Below are positions 41,718 to 51,126 of a DNA stretch of 64,000 bases, piece after piece (position 1 is the stretch's first letter; every line of letters begins with the position of its first letter). The notes under the pieces were generated by a model. The model was given only the letters and a program-made list of their open reading frames with translations. It had not been told where the DNA came from and did not search any database. A program made the translations under genes and the position numbers. Source of the stretch: Dehalococcoidia bacterium (GTDB taxonomy: Bacteria > Chloroflexota > Dehalococcoidia > Lucifugimonadales > UBA3495); the NCBI GenBank assembly GCA_965218875.1, contig OZ244707.1:2000504-2064503 (forward strand). The letters run 5' to 3'.

Positions 41718-43388
41718 TTACGGCCCCCAGGGCATCGGGGCCATGCCCTCCACGTCGGTCACCACCTCGACCACCGCCGGCCGGCCCGAGGCAAGGGCCT
41801 GCTCGATGGCGCCCTGGATAGCTCCCGGTTGCTCCACCTTCACCCCAAAGCAGCCCATGGCTTCCGCCATCTTGGCCAGGTCAACATCGCTGAACTCGTA
41901 AAGCTCTCCCGGATTGCCGGAAATCCCCTGGTAGGCCAGGTCGTCTCCCCGCTTGTCCTGGTTCAGCGCCCTGTTGTTGTTCACCACAATGACGGCGTTG
42001 ATGTTGTGGCGGGCGGCGGTCTCCATTTCCACCATGTGGTACCAGAACCCCCCGTCGCCGCTGAAGCAGATTACGGGACGGTCCGGCGCGGCGCACTTGG
42101 CGCCCAGGGCGGCGGGCAAGCCCCAGCCGAGGGACCCCGCGGCCCGGAAGTAGCTCTGCTCCGGGTGCTTCAGGTCCACCATGCTGCCCGTCCAAATCCC
42201 CGCGTGGCCGGTATCCGCCAGCAGAATCGCGTCGCTGGGCAGAGTCCTGGTCAACTCGGTGCAAAGGCGCTCCGGACGAATCGGCACGGCGTCGGAGTTG
42301 GCCAGGGGCGACACGTCGTCGCGCCACTCGCTCACCAGTTGCTGCGCCCTCCCGACCCATTCGGACTGGCCGCCCCTGGGCTCCACGGCCTCGATGAGGC
42401 GGCGGACGCTGGCCTTGGCGTCTCCCTGCAGGGCTATCGTGGACGGATAGCTGCGTCCCAACTCCGAGGCGTCGATGTCGATTTGGATGACCGGTGTCCC
42501 CATCGCCGGTATTCTCCAGTCCAGCGTCACCTGGCTCCCCGTGTGGCTGCCAACGAACAGCACCAGGTCGGCCTCGGAGACCGCGCGGTTGGCGCACCAA
42601 CGGGAATACGACCCGCACACGCCCACCGCCAGGGGGTGGTCTTCCGGAATGGTCCCCTTGGCGTTGAGGGAGGTGGCCACCGGGATCGACAGCATCTCCG
42701 CCAGCTCCACGACCTCGAGTTGGGCGCCCGAAGCCGTAACCCCACCGCCGGCCACTATGACCGGTCGGCGGGCCCCCACCAGGGCCTGCGCCGCCTCCCG
42801 CACCCGCTCCGGTTCCGGCTCGGGGCGGAAGGCCGGCCGGTGGACGAACGCCTCGTCGATGGCGACTTCCAGGTCGGCTTCACCGTCGGCGACCACTTCC
42901 CCGGAGATCCCCTGGAACTCCAGGTGCGCCGGCGCCGGGGCCCCGGAGGTCGCCTCCCGGAAAGCCTGCCGGAGCAGGTGGGGCAACTGCTCCGTGCTCT
43001 CCACCGTGGCGCTGTACTTGGTGACCGCGCTAAAAGGCTGCTGGTGCTCTACTTCCTGGTAGGAGTTCCGGTAGCGGTGCATCAGCGGGCGCTGGCCGGT
43101 GATGGCAACCACGGGCGAGAGGCCCAGAAAGGCGTCCTGCAGGCCCGCCGCGAGGTTGACGGCGCCCACCGATTGGGCCAGGCACACGCCGACGCGGTTG
43201 GAGGCCCGGGCGTAGCCGTCGGCCATATAGGCGGCAGACTTCTCGCCGTGGGTCACCACTCGGCGCATTCCCAGCCGTTCCATCTCGATCATGGCCCTGC
43301 GCACGATAACGGGCACGAGGAAGGCGTGGGTGACGCCGTAGCCCTGCATGGTCTCGGCCAGGAACCTGCCTCCGGTCATTCTGGTCAT
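41718..43388 (-). CDS. Thiamine-pyrophosphate-dependent enzyme (AHAS-like superfamily; substrate unknown)
   Basis: N-terminal TPP-PYR domain (GEKSAAYMADGYARASNRVGVCLAQSVGAVNLAAG) and C-terminal TPP-binding GDGGFWYHMVEMETA...NN. Confidence 0.8.
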   Translation of the reverse strand: MTRMTGGRFLAETMQGYGVTHAFLVPVIVRRAMIEMERLGMRRVVTHGEKSAAYMADGYARASNRVGVCLAQSVGAVNLAAGLQDAFLGLSPVVAITGQRPLMHRYRNSYQEVEHQQPFSAVTKYSATVESTEQLPHLLRQAFREATSGAPAPAHLEFQGISGEVVADGEADLEVAIDEAFVHRPAFRPEPEPERVREAAQALVGARRPVIVAGGGVTASGAQLEVVELAEMLSIPVATSLNAKGTIPEDHPLAVGVCGSYSRWCANRAVSEADLVLFVGSHTGSQVTLDWRIPAMGTPVIQIDIDASELGRSYPSTIALQGDAKASVRRLIEAVEPRGGQSEWVGRAQQLVSEWRDDVSPLANSDAVPIRPERLCTELTRTLPSDAILLADTGHAGIWTGSMVDLKHPEQSYFRAAGSLGWGLPAALGAKCAAPDRPVICFSGDGGFWYHMVEMETAARHNINAVIVVNNNRALNQDKRGDDLAYQGISGNPGELYEFSDVDLAKMAEAMGCFGVKVEQPGAIQGAIEQALASGRPAVVEVVTDVEGMAPMPWGP

Positions 43389-43548
43389 GGTATCGCCTCC
43401 ATATGGTGGTGACGTTTAGACCCGCTCCGTTTCATCCATCCCAAGCGGCCATTCCGAACGACCGTTCCCGAACGGCCCATCCCGAACGGGGGTCCCGGAA
43501 GCGTGGCAGCGCGCCTTGTCGAACGCCTCCGCACCGCGGCGGACCGGC

Positions 43549-43857
43549 CTAGCGGGAGTCGAATACTTCCTTGGCCACCCGGGACGCGTTGGCGGCGACG
43601 GGCCAACCGCCGTAGAACGCCTCGTGAAGGATAACTTCGCCTATCTCGTCCTCGGTGACGCCGTTGTCCAGCGCCCGGCCGATGTGACCCCGCAGTTGCT
43701 CCGTGCGGTAGAGGGCTATCAGCGTGGCTACGGTGATGAGGCTCCGGTCTCGCTTCGACAGTCCGGGACGCTCCCAGACGTCGCCGAACAGCACGTCGGC
43801 GCTCAGTTCGGCCAGGCGGGGGGATACTTCTTGCATGATTTCACGGGCGGTAGTCAT
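43549..43857 (-). CDS. Carboxymuconolactone decarboxylase (CMD) family protein
   Basis: LFGDVWERPGLSKRDRSLITVATLIAL...GVTEDEIGEVILHEAFYGGWP is the CMD domain pattern. AAGGAG precedes ATG 43857. Confidence 0.8.
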   Translation of the reverse strand: MTTAREIMQEVSPRLAELSADVLFGDVWERPGLSKRDRSLITVATLIALYRTEQLRGHIGRALDNGVTEDEIGEVILHEAFYGGWPVAANASRVAKEVFDSR

Positions 43858-43981
43858 CGTTGCTCCTTTCGGTGTATTGGCGCGGCGGCGAGCCGCGCAT
43901 GTGGTATGTGGGGCCTCTCCGGCCCGGGGGCAGTATATGCTCCAGGGCCTCCCGTGGCTAGCCGCACTCCCCAAAGACCAA

Positions 43982-44050
43982 GGTTTTTCGATTGTCCTAT
44001 TCTGTCACCCTGAGCCTGCCGAAGGGTCTAAAATCGTCGTGGCAAGCCCT
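43982..44050. repeat. Partial MITE/REP-like unit (element H)
   Basis: GGTTTTTCGATTGTCCTATTCTGTCACCCTGAGCCTGCCGAAGGGTCTAAAATCG parallels the left end of element E. No right terminus was found. Confidence 0.55.
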
Positions 44051-44130
44051 GGTTCGGGACCCTAGACAAGAATGGCATCATATCGGGACGCCATTGGCTT
44101 GCACGGCGGATTCCGGAATCGACCCGCCAA

Positions 44131-44159
44131 TTGACAAGGTATGACCTCGCCTATAGACT
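44131..44159 (+). promoter_or_regulatory. Near-consensus sigma70-type promoter upstream of the M24 peptidase gene
   Basis: TTGACA (44131..44136), 17-nt spacer, TAGACT (44154..44159). Confidence 0.55.
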
Positions 44160-44314
44160 CGGGTGCGCCCACCCCGGCGCGGCGCAGTCGCGGGCCGGAA
44201 CGGGCGCACCGCGGGCCTCCAACCGAAGCCGGGAAAGCCGGCCCTCCCCCAGGCCCTTTCACCGGACCCACCCCCAGGGATTGTTCACCAACCGGATTTC
44301 ACGAGGTGTCGATC

Positions 44315-45616
44315 ATGGCAGACGACAATCAACCCTCCGCTCCCGGCGCCCGGTTCGGCCCCAAGCCGCGCCCGTCCCGGTTCTGCAATCTGGACCGCCT
44401 GGTGGCCGCCATGGAAGCCCGCGGCCTGGACGGCATCCTCTCCTACTACACCCGCAACGTCCTCTATCTGAGCGGGTACGCCTCCGGCGCGACCTCGGTG
44501 TACGGGGAAGCCAACGGCTTTACCGCTTTCGCCATTTCTCGGCATCAGCCCGACCACCCCATCGTCATCATCCCCGACCTGGAGATGAGCTACTTCCTGC
44601 GGGAATCGAGCTGGGTGCGCGACGTCCAGCCCTACCGCAGCGTGATACTCCCCGTGGACATCCCCTGGGAGCGGGACATGATCGACCGCTTCATCCCCAG
44701 GGACGCCCAGGAGATTCCCTGGGTGCAGGAGGCCAAAGGCAAGTATTGCGAGGACCTGGCCCAGGGCTGCGCCCGGGCGCTGCGGGACCTGGGGCTGGAC
44801 CGGGGCCGCGTGGGGTTCGACAACCTCTCCTACGCTCCCATGGTCGCGGAGCATCTGCCCGGCATGGAGGTGGCGGACGCCTACGGCATGATGAAGTTCG
44901 TGCGCATGATCAAGACCGGGGCCGAGGTGTCGCTGCTGGACGAGGCCTCGCAGCTCAACCAGGCCGCGATAGAGCGGACCGTCGGGTCGTGGACCCCGGG
45001 CATGACCTGGCGGGACCTGAATACGGCCTATGCCCTGGAAGTGACCCGCCTGGGCGGGTTCGTCCTCGACCGGGGCAGCCTGGTCCTGGCCAACCCCCGG
45101 GGCGCCGACGTGCCCATGCACCAGCTCTCCACGGGGATCGAGGAGGACTTTACCCTGGAGCCGGGCACTCACGTGATGTTCGACTGCCACGGCAGGTACA
45201 ACAACTACAACTGGGACGGCGGCAAGACCTGGGTGGTGGGCGGCGACGCCAACGACTACGACCGGCGGATCGCGCGGGCCTGCGGGGACGCCATGGAAGA
45301 GGTCCTGCGCTCCTCCCGGCCCGGGGTCAGCCTTAGCCAGGTGCAGGCCCGGGGCCGTCGGGTGCTGGAGTCCCACAACGTGCCGGACAGCAACACGGCA
45401 TTCATCTACTTCCACGGCCTGGGGCTGGACAACAGCGAGCAGGAATGGGGGACGCCGCGGGACTGGACCATGGAAGCCGGGATGGTGCTGGCCGCCCACA
45501 TCTACTACCACGGGGACGAGCGCCACCGCTACTACATCGAGGAGATCGGCGTGGTGACCCCCGAAGGCATCGACCGCTTCTTCACCTGGGACATGAAAGA
45601 GCCGCTGCTGGGCTAG
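44315..45616 (+). CDS. M24 family metallopeptidase (Xaa-Pro aminopeptidase/creatinase-like)
   Basis: N-terminal creatinase-like domain (RLVAAMEARGLDGILSYYTRNVLYLSGY) and C-terminal pita-bread fold (HGLGLD...IEEIGVVT). GAGGTG precedes ATG 44315. Confidence 0.8.
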   Translation: MADDNQPSAPGARFGPKPRPSRFCNLDRLVAAMEARGLDGILSYYTRNVLYLSGYASGATSVYGEANGFTAFAISRHQPDHPIVIIPDLEMSYFLRESSWVRDVQPYRSVILPVDIPWERDMIDRFIPRDAQEIPWVQEAKGKYCEDLAQGCARALRDLGLDRGRVGFDNLSYAPMVAEHLPGMEVADAYGMMKFVRMIKTGAEVSLLDEASQLNQAAIERTVGSWTPGMTWRDLNTAYALEVTRLGGFVLDRGSLVLANPRGADVPMHQLSTGIEEDFTLEPGTHVMFDCHGRYNNYNWDGGKTWVVGGDANDYDRRIARACGDAMEEVLRSSRPGVSLSQVQARGRRVLESHNVPDSNTAFIYFHGLGLDNSEQEWGTPRDWTMEAGMVLAAHIYYHGDERHRYYIEEIGVVTPEGIDRFFTWDMKEPLLG

Positions 45617-45728
45617 GGGGGCCGGGGAGGGGGAGGACGGGCTGTCACCACCACACAACAGCTACGTCGACCTGGTAATCCTGCTCTTCCGGAGACGGCC
45701 AACGGCGCCAAGCCAAGGAGGCCAACTG

Positions 45729-45974
45729 ATGAAGCCGTTTAGCAAATGCCCAGTATGCGGTGGAGAAATGACCGGGAAAGAGGTCGAGAAGCTGTTGCGT
45801 GGGGGAGTCAATCTCGCCGCAGTCAAGGTCCATGCAGAGGTCTGCTTACGCTGTGGAGAGCGACTGTACTCTAAAGAGACCGTCGACAACTTTGAGCAGA
45901 TCCGCGAAAAACTTGCTAACCACGAAGTAGGAGAGTTCGATCACATGAGCCGGTCGTTCCTAATCCCTGTCTGA
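45729..45974 (+). CDS. YgiT-type zinc-finger protein (MqsA N-terminal-domain-like), orphan
   Basis: MKPFSKCPVCGGEM...VCLRCGERLYS has two CxxC pairs. AAGGAGG lies 7 nt before the ATG. No HTH domain and no adjacent toxin gene. Confidence 0.7.
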   Translation: MKPFSKCPVCGGEMTGKEVEKLLRGGVNLAAVKVHAEVCLRCGERLYSKETVDNFEQIREKLANHEVGEFDHMSRSFLIPV

Positions 45975-46000
45975 TAGACTTGCTACGAACTCTGCTAGCA

Positions 46001-46173
46001 TCTGCTACCATGGGGACGAGCTCCGCCGCTACTACATCGAGGAGATCGGCGTGGTGACCCCCGAAGGCATCGACCGATCCTTCACCTGGGACGCCCAGGA
46101 GATTCCCTGGGTGCAGGAGGCCAAGGGCAAGTATTGCGGGGACCTGGCCCAGGGCTGCTCCCGGGCGCTGCGG
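46001..46173 (+). pseudogene. Chimeric, permuted fragment of the adjacent M24 peptidase gene
   Basis: 46001..46092 matches 45501..45592 (6 mismatches by my count) and is joined directly to 46088..46173, which matches 44700..44785 (3 mismatches). The 3' piece therefore precedes the 5' piece. Confidence 0.85.
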
Positions 46174-46387
46174 ACGTGCCGCCAGTTGACGTCAGGGGCA
46201 GGCCGGAGGCAGAGACCAGGCCAGCGTGGTGCCGAGGACTTTTGGACACCCCGATTTCCCGAGCATGATCCGAATACCTCTGGTAATATTGAGTGAGCAC
46301 ACTCGTGTTCCGAGCACCCGACACTCTGGGGCGACTACCGGGGTATCGGCACGGTATTATCTCTCGGAGAATGGTAACGGAGACACC

Positions 46388-46603
46388 ATGAACACCAACG
46401 AAAGTTCCATCCGCCACGAAAGAGAGCCTACCGAAAATGCGTTGCCATCCAATACCTCGACGGAGCTTAGCGACCTTGAAAAGAGGCTGTCAGAACTACG
46501 TGCCCAGGGAATCCTGAGCGGAGGTGACGGACCTAGAGAAGCCCTGCGCCCCGTCGCTCACGTTCCTGGCGCCTTGGAGCGATTTCTCAAAGCAAGAGCC
46601 TAG
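46388..46603 (+). CDS. Putative antitoxin of the downstream PIN toxin
   Basis: A 71-aa acidic/helical ORF ends 20 nt before the PIN gene, the arrangement typical of VapB-VapC pairs. No fold was recognised from sequence. Confidence 0.4.
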   Translation: MNTNESSIRHEREPTENALPSNTSTELSDLEKRLSELRAQGILSGGDGPREALRPVAHVPGALERFLKARA

Positions 46604-46623
46604 CCACTGGTGACCAAGAGCCC

Positions 46624-47028
46624 ATGACACCACAAATGCCGTTGGTAGCTTATGTCGACCCGTCCGCGTTGATTTCCGAAGTTCTAGACGAAGAGCTGTT
46701 TCAGAGTTCCACTCGCCAGCGACTTGATGCGTTCCCGCACCTGATGTCATCGAACTTTCTTGAGGCTGAGTTGCGGGTAGCATTTAAGCGGGAACAGGAG
46801 GACTTCGACACAAGTTCGATATCCAGCATCGCTTGGATTTTCCCGGATCGCAGGGTGGACATTGAAATGGCGAGAGTGTTGGAAATCTCCGAACTCTCAC
46901 CCGCTCGCGTTTGGCACCTTGCCACGGCGTTATTTTTCGCAGAGGTCTTGCAGAGTGAGATGGCTTTCATCACACTGGACGAGCAGCAGGAAACCGTGGC
47001 ACGCGAGCTGGGTTTTCCGATTCCATAG
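46624..47028 (+). CDS. PIN-domain ribonuclease toxin (VapC-like)
   Basis: 134 aa with acidic residues spaced as in PIN domains: VAYVDPSALI (D), NFLEAELR (E), WHLATALF and AFITLDEQ (D). Confidence 0.65.
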   Translation: MTPQMPLVAYVDPSALISEVLDEELFQSSTRQRLDAFPHLMSSNFLEAELRVAFKREQEDFDTSSISSIAWIFPDRRVDIEMARVLEISELSPARVWHLATALFFAEVLQSEMAFITLDEQQETVARELGFPIP

Positions 47029-47039
47029 GGAGAGCAACT

Positions 47040-48575
47040 ATGCCGACACTGGATTTCAAGGGTAAGCAGCATGTCTACGCTCACCACCTGACCGTTCCCT
47101 ACCGGCCGCTGGTTGCCGACGTTGAGCGTTCGCTGAACCCGGCAGACGTTGACGACAACCTCATCATCCACGGCGATAACCTGCACGCGCTGAAGGCGTT
47201 GCTGCCCCGATACGCTGGCAAGGTGAAGTGCATCTACATCGACCCCCCCTACAACACAGGCAACGAGGGTTGGGTTTATAACGACAGAGTGAACAGTCCT
47301 CTACTCAAAGAATGGCTCAAAGACCAAAGCCCGGTTGACAACGAGGATCTTGAACGTCACGACAAGTGGCTGTGCATGATGTGGCCCCGCCTTCACATAC
47401 TCAAAGAACTGCTGTCGGATGACGGGGGTTTTTTTATATCCATTGACGACAACGAGCAGCACCATTTGCGGATGCTGATGGATGAGATTTTTGAAGAAAG
47501 CAATTTCCGTAATATTTTCGCAGTTGCTCGTATGAAGAAGAACATTAGAGAGCGTGAACACATAAGAGCATTAAACGAAGGGTATAACTTTGTTCTGTTT
47601 TATTCCAAATCCACGGATGGGTTGATTATACCGCCGACTACATTTCAAGAAAAGGCAGCACGTTGGCACGCTTTTGATGCACCCGGAATTCGTCCGTCAA
47701 TGGAGTACGAACTCTTTGGGACCACTCCCTCAATTGGAAGGCATTGGATGTATTCCCAAGAGAGGGCGGAAGAACTCGTTGCTGATGGCAAACTACGCCC
47801 CAATCCCCGTACTGGTACTCCACAATATTTGCTTGACGCCAGTACCAGCACAATGCTAGACACTAACTGGACGGACATTCAGGAATACGATACGCGCTTT
47901 AACTTTCCTAACGGAGAGAAGAACGCAGGTCTTATTCGGCGAATCTTAACTATGCTTGATGACCCGGATGCCGTCGTCCTCGACTCCTTCGCTGGCTCCG
48001 GCACAACGGCCCACGCTGTTCTGGCACTGAATCAAGAGGATGGCGGCAACCGCAAGTTTATTCTGGTCGAGTGCGAGGACTACGCAGACACCATCACCGC
48101 CGAGCGGGTACGCCGGGTTATCAATGGGGTGCCCGATGCTAGGGACGCCTCGCTAAAGGAAGGGCTTGGCGGCTCCTTCACCTACTGCACGCTGGGCGAA
48201 CCGATTGACGTGGAGGGAATGCTTGCCGGCGACTCGCTGCCGGAGTATTCAGCGCTGGCAGCCTACCTGTTGCATACATCGACCGGGATTTCTGCCGGTG
48301 TGGGCGCAATCGGACCACAGGACGACGACGGCCTGTTTTATAGCAGCGACATCACCAATTACCACCTGTTGTATGAACCCGACGTGGATTATCTTAGTAA
48401 CAACGAAGGGATGCTGAACGAGGAGCGGGCAAGGCGCATCAGCGCTCTTAGCCGACAGGACGGCAAGAGAGCTATCGTCTTCGCTCCGGGCAAGTACATC
48501 GGGCAGCGGGAGTTGACGTCCCTGGGCATCACCTTCTGCCAATTGCCTTACGAGATACACAAGGCGGGGCAATAG
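47040..48575 (+). CDS. mod: Type III restriction-modification methyltransferase (Mod; N6/N4 beta-class)
   Basis: LIIHGDNLHALKAL, IYIDPPYNTG (motif IV), HDKWLCMMWPRL, and motif I VLDSFAGSGTTAHA after a variable TRD-like middle region. Confidence 0.88.
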   Translation: MPTLDFKGKQHVYAHHLTVPYRPLVADVERSLNPADVDDNLIIHGDNLHALKALLPRYAGKVKCIYIDPPYNTGNEGWVYNDRVNSPLLKEWLKDQSPVDNEDLERHDKWLCMMWPRLHILKELLSDDGGFFISIDDNEQHHLRMLMDEIFEESNFRNIFAVARMKKNIREREHIRALNEGYNFVLFYSKSTDGLIIPPTTFQEKAARWHAFDAPGIRPSMEYELFGTTPSIGRHWMYSQERAEELVADGKLRPNPRTGTPQYLLDASTSTMLDTNWTDIQEYDTRFNFPNGEKNAGLIRRILTMLDDPDAVVLDSFAGSGTTAHAVLALNQEDGGNRKFILVECEDYADTITAERVRRVINGVPDARDASLKEGLGGSFTYCTLGEPIDVEGMLAGDSLPEYSALAAYLLHTSTGISAGVGAIGPQDDDGLFYSSDITNYHLLYEPDVDYLSNNEGMLNEERARRISALSRQDGKRAIVFAPGKYIGQRELTSLGITFCQLPYEIHKAGQ

Positions 48576-48585
48576 GGGGTTGGTC

Positions 48586-51126
48586 ATGGAATTGAAAGAT
48601 TACCAAGCCAATGCCCTCGAAGCCTTTACTGCTTGGCTGGATGCGCTCACTTCGGCCCGGTTACAGTCCCAGGCAGCCATAGACGCACTGAGACAGGCCG
48701 GTCCGGCTATCACGATTTCCGATGAACTCTACAACTATCCGAAGATTGCGTGGCAACAGCTGAAGGACGCTGGCCGTGTCGCGGATACCGTCGGCGAGTA
48801 CGTCAGCCGGACCGATGACGCCAATCGGCCTGTTCCCCATATTTGCTTCAAGGTGCCTACGGGAGGTGGTAAGACCCTTCTTGCTGCTGCTGCGTTGCAG
48901 CGGCTTCGGCGGCAAACCGGCCTGACGCTGTGGGTGATGCCAACACGGGCTATATACCAACAGACTAAAGCCGCATTGCGGAGCCGGGAACATCCCTACC
49001 GGCAAATGCTGGAAATCGCCAGTGCCGGGCGGGTCAAGCTGTTGGAAAAGGATGACTTGTTCACCCGGTCAGATATAGAGAATTACCTTTGCGTGATGTT
49101 GTTGATGTTGCCGGCCGCTAACCGGCAGCAAGGGCGCGACTTTTTGCGTATGTTCCGTGATTCGGGGCGTTATCCCACGCTTTTCCCGGACAGCGACGAC
49201 TTGCTTGGCGACGCCAGGCTGCTCAACGACTATTCCGACTTGGAGCGGATTACAGACGACGGCCCTGTTAAACACAGTCTTTTCAACGTGTTCAAGATGC
49301 TGCGCCCTGTGGTGATACTGGACGAGGCGCACAAGGCCTATGGCGCGTCTAATCTGGACGCTAACCAAGAGTTCGCACGCTCGGTCAGCCGCCTTGACCC
49401 CAGCCTCGTGATTGAGCTATCAGCCACCCCCAACCGAGGGATCAGCAACCTGCTGGTTGATATTACCGGGGTGGAACTGCACAACGAGGAGATGATCAAA
49501 CTGCCGGTTCAGGTGACGTCCTTCACCAACGCCGACTGGCGCTACACGCTGGCGCAGGCCCACGACGAGTTGGAACGGCTTGACGCCGAATCGACATCGT
49601 TGCAGATGAGCGAAGGCCGGTACATTCGTCCTATGGCCGTAGTGCGGGTGGAGCGCACGGGCAAAGACCAGCGCGACGGCGAACACGTTCACTCCGAGGA
49701 CGTCAGGGAGTATCTCACCCAGAACCTTGGGGTCCCGGAAAACTCCATTGCCGTTAAGTCCTCTGAGTTGGACGAATTGGGTCGTGACGACCTGTTGTCG
49801 GAGTTTTCACCAGTACGATGGGTAATCACCAGGGCCGCTCTTATGGAAGGTTGGGATTGTCCCTTCGCCTACCTGTTGGTGATGTTGGACAACACCCGCG
49901 CCCAGCGGGCTATTACCCAGTTGGTGGGCCGCGTGATGCGCCAGCCTAATGCCCGGCGCACCGGCCGGGAGGTGCTGGACCAATGCTACGTCTATTGCTG
50001 GAATACCAGCGTGGGAGATGCTGTGGGGCAGGTTAAACGGGGCTTGGAAGAAGAGGGCCTTACAGGGCTGGGCGATGCCGTGATCAGCGGCTCGACGAAT
50101 TTCCGGCGTATCACCCTGCAAAGACGCGAGGAGTTGAAGGGAAGGGATATATTCTTGCCCCTGGTTTTGCATCAGCATGGTGAAGGGTGGGGTGAGTTGG
50201 ATTACCAGAGCCATATCCTGCCCGGAATCGATTGGAACGGAATCGAGTCTCCCGACCCGAAAAGCAGCCTCCCTGACCGGGCTGTTCGGCAATCTGCGAG
50301 CGTCTATTTGGGCGATGCCCCTCCTGTTTTTCACCCCGAAAGAGAGTTGGACATTGCCAAAGAGGTCCAGATAAATTGGTTTGCCCGCCGCTTATCGGAT
50401 GTACTTCCAAATCCGTGGCAAGCGGCACGCCTTGCACAGCAGTTTGTGGAGAAACTACGGGCTGCCGGAGATGCTGAAGACGAAATTTACGACCGCCGCT
50501 CTTACCTAGCCTTCGCTCTGCGGGATTACGTGGCGGATCAGTTGCAACAGCAGGCGGAAAGAGTTTTTCGAGCTAAATTGAAGGAAGGCCAAATACGCTT
50601 TGACTTGGAAGCAGGCCACCCGAATTTCCGCATGGTCGAAAGCTACGAAATTCCTATAACCAGCGATGCGGCGCTTCTGGCGGGGAATGACGGGAGACAG
50701 GTGCAACTTAGCCTGTTTGAACCCGTCTATGTACAGCAGTTCGATTCAACTCTAGAACGGAACTTCGCCCGCTATCTCGATGAACAGAAGGCGCTGAAAT
50801 GGTGGCACCGGGTGGCAGTAAGACAACGTGGCGATTACTATCTCCGGGGCTGGAAACAGGAACGGATTTGGCCTGATTTCGTGGCCATGGGCGGTAAAAC
50901 CGAAGGCAAGCCCCAGGTCCTAGTCTTCGAGACCAAAGGGGAGCATCTCCGCGATAACCCGGACACGGACTACAAGCAGCGGGTGCTTGAGACGCTGGAA
51001 AATGCTTTCAACTACGGAAGAATGACCATCAAAGACGGGCCGGCCAAAGGTACATTTCGTCTCGTGTTCAACGAAACCGAGTTCCCTGAAGCGTTGGCAA
51101 TGCTTGAGGGGGCTTACAAGGTCTGA
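48586..51126 (+). CDS. res: Type III restriction endonuclease subunit (Res; SF2 helicase plus C-terminal PD-(D/E)xK-like nuclease)
   Basis: Walker A FKVPTGGGKT, DEAH-type VILDEAHKA, motif VI QLVGRVMR, and a C-terminal IWPDFVAMG...VFETKGEHL nuclease-like motif. Confidence 0.88.
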   Translation: MELKDYQANALEAFTAWLDALTSARLQSQAAIDALRQAGPAITISDELYNYPKIAWQQLKDAGRVADTVGEYVSRTDDANRPVPHICFKVPTGGGKTLLAAAALQRLRRQTGLTLWVMPTRAIYQQTKAALRSREHPYRQMLEIASAGRVKLLEKDDLFTRSDIENYLCVMLLMLPAANRQQGRDFLRMFRDSGRYPTLFPDSDDLLGDARLLNDYSDLERITDDGPVKHSLFNVFKMLRPVVILDEAHKAYGASNLDANQEFARSVSRLDPSLVIELSATPNRGISNLLVDITGVELHNEEMIKLPVQVTSFTNADWRYTLAQAHDELERLDAESTSLQMSEGRYIRPMAVVRVERTGKDQRDGEHVHSEDVREYLTQNLGVPENSIAVKSSELDELGRDDLLSEFSPVRWVITRAALMEGWDCPFAYLLVMLDNTRAQRAITQLVGRVMRQPNARRTGREVLDQCYVYCWNTSVGDAVGQVKRGLEEEGLTGLGDAVISGSTNFRRITLQRREELKGRDIFLPLVLHQHGEGWGELDYQSHILPGIDWNGIESPDPKSSLPDRAVRQSASVYLGDAPPVFHPERELDIAKEVQINWFARRLSDVLPNPWQAARLAQQFVEKLRAAGDAEDEIYDRRSYLAFALRDYVADQLQQQAERVFRAKLKEGQIRFDLEAGHPNFRMVESYEIPITSDAALLAGNDGRQVQLSLFEPVYVQQFDSTLERNFARYLDEQKALKWWHRVAVRQRGDYYLRGWKQERIWPDFVAMGGKTEGKPQVLVFETKGEHLRDNPDTDYKQRVLETLENAFNYGRMTIKDGPAKGTFRLVFNETEFPEALAMLEGAYKV

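Noticed and set aside
41677-41718. GAGTTAGTGC tandem repeat (about 2.5 copies) between convergent genes, considered as a regulatory or terminator element.
   Set aside because: It is too short, with no convincing hairpin or U-tract. It is noted only within the cluster finding.
46051-46296. An 81-aa ORF (MVTPEGIDRSFTWDAQEIPWVQEAKGKYC...).
   Set aside because: It is the translation of the chimeric peptidase-gene scar: two non-adjacent gene pieces joined, followed by random sequence. It is a pseudogene fragment, not a gene.
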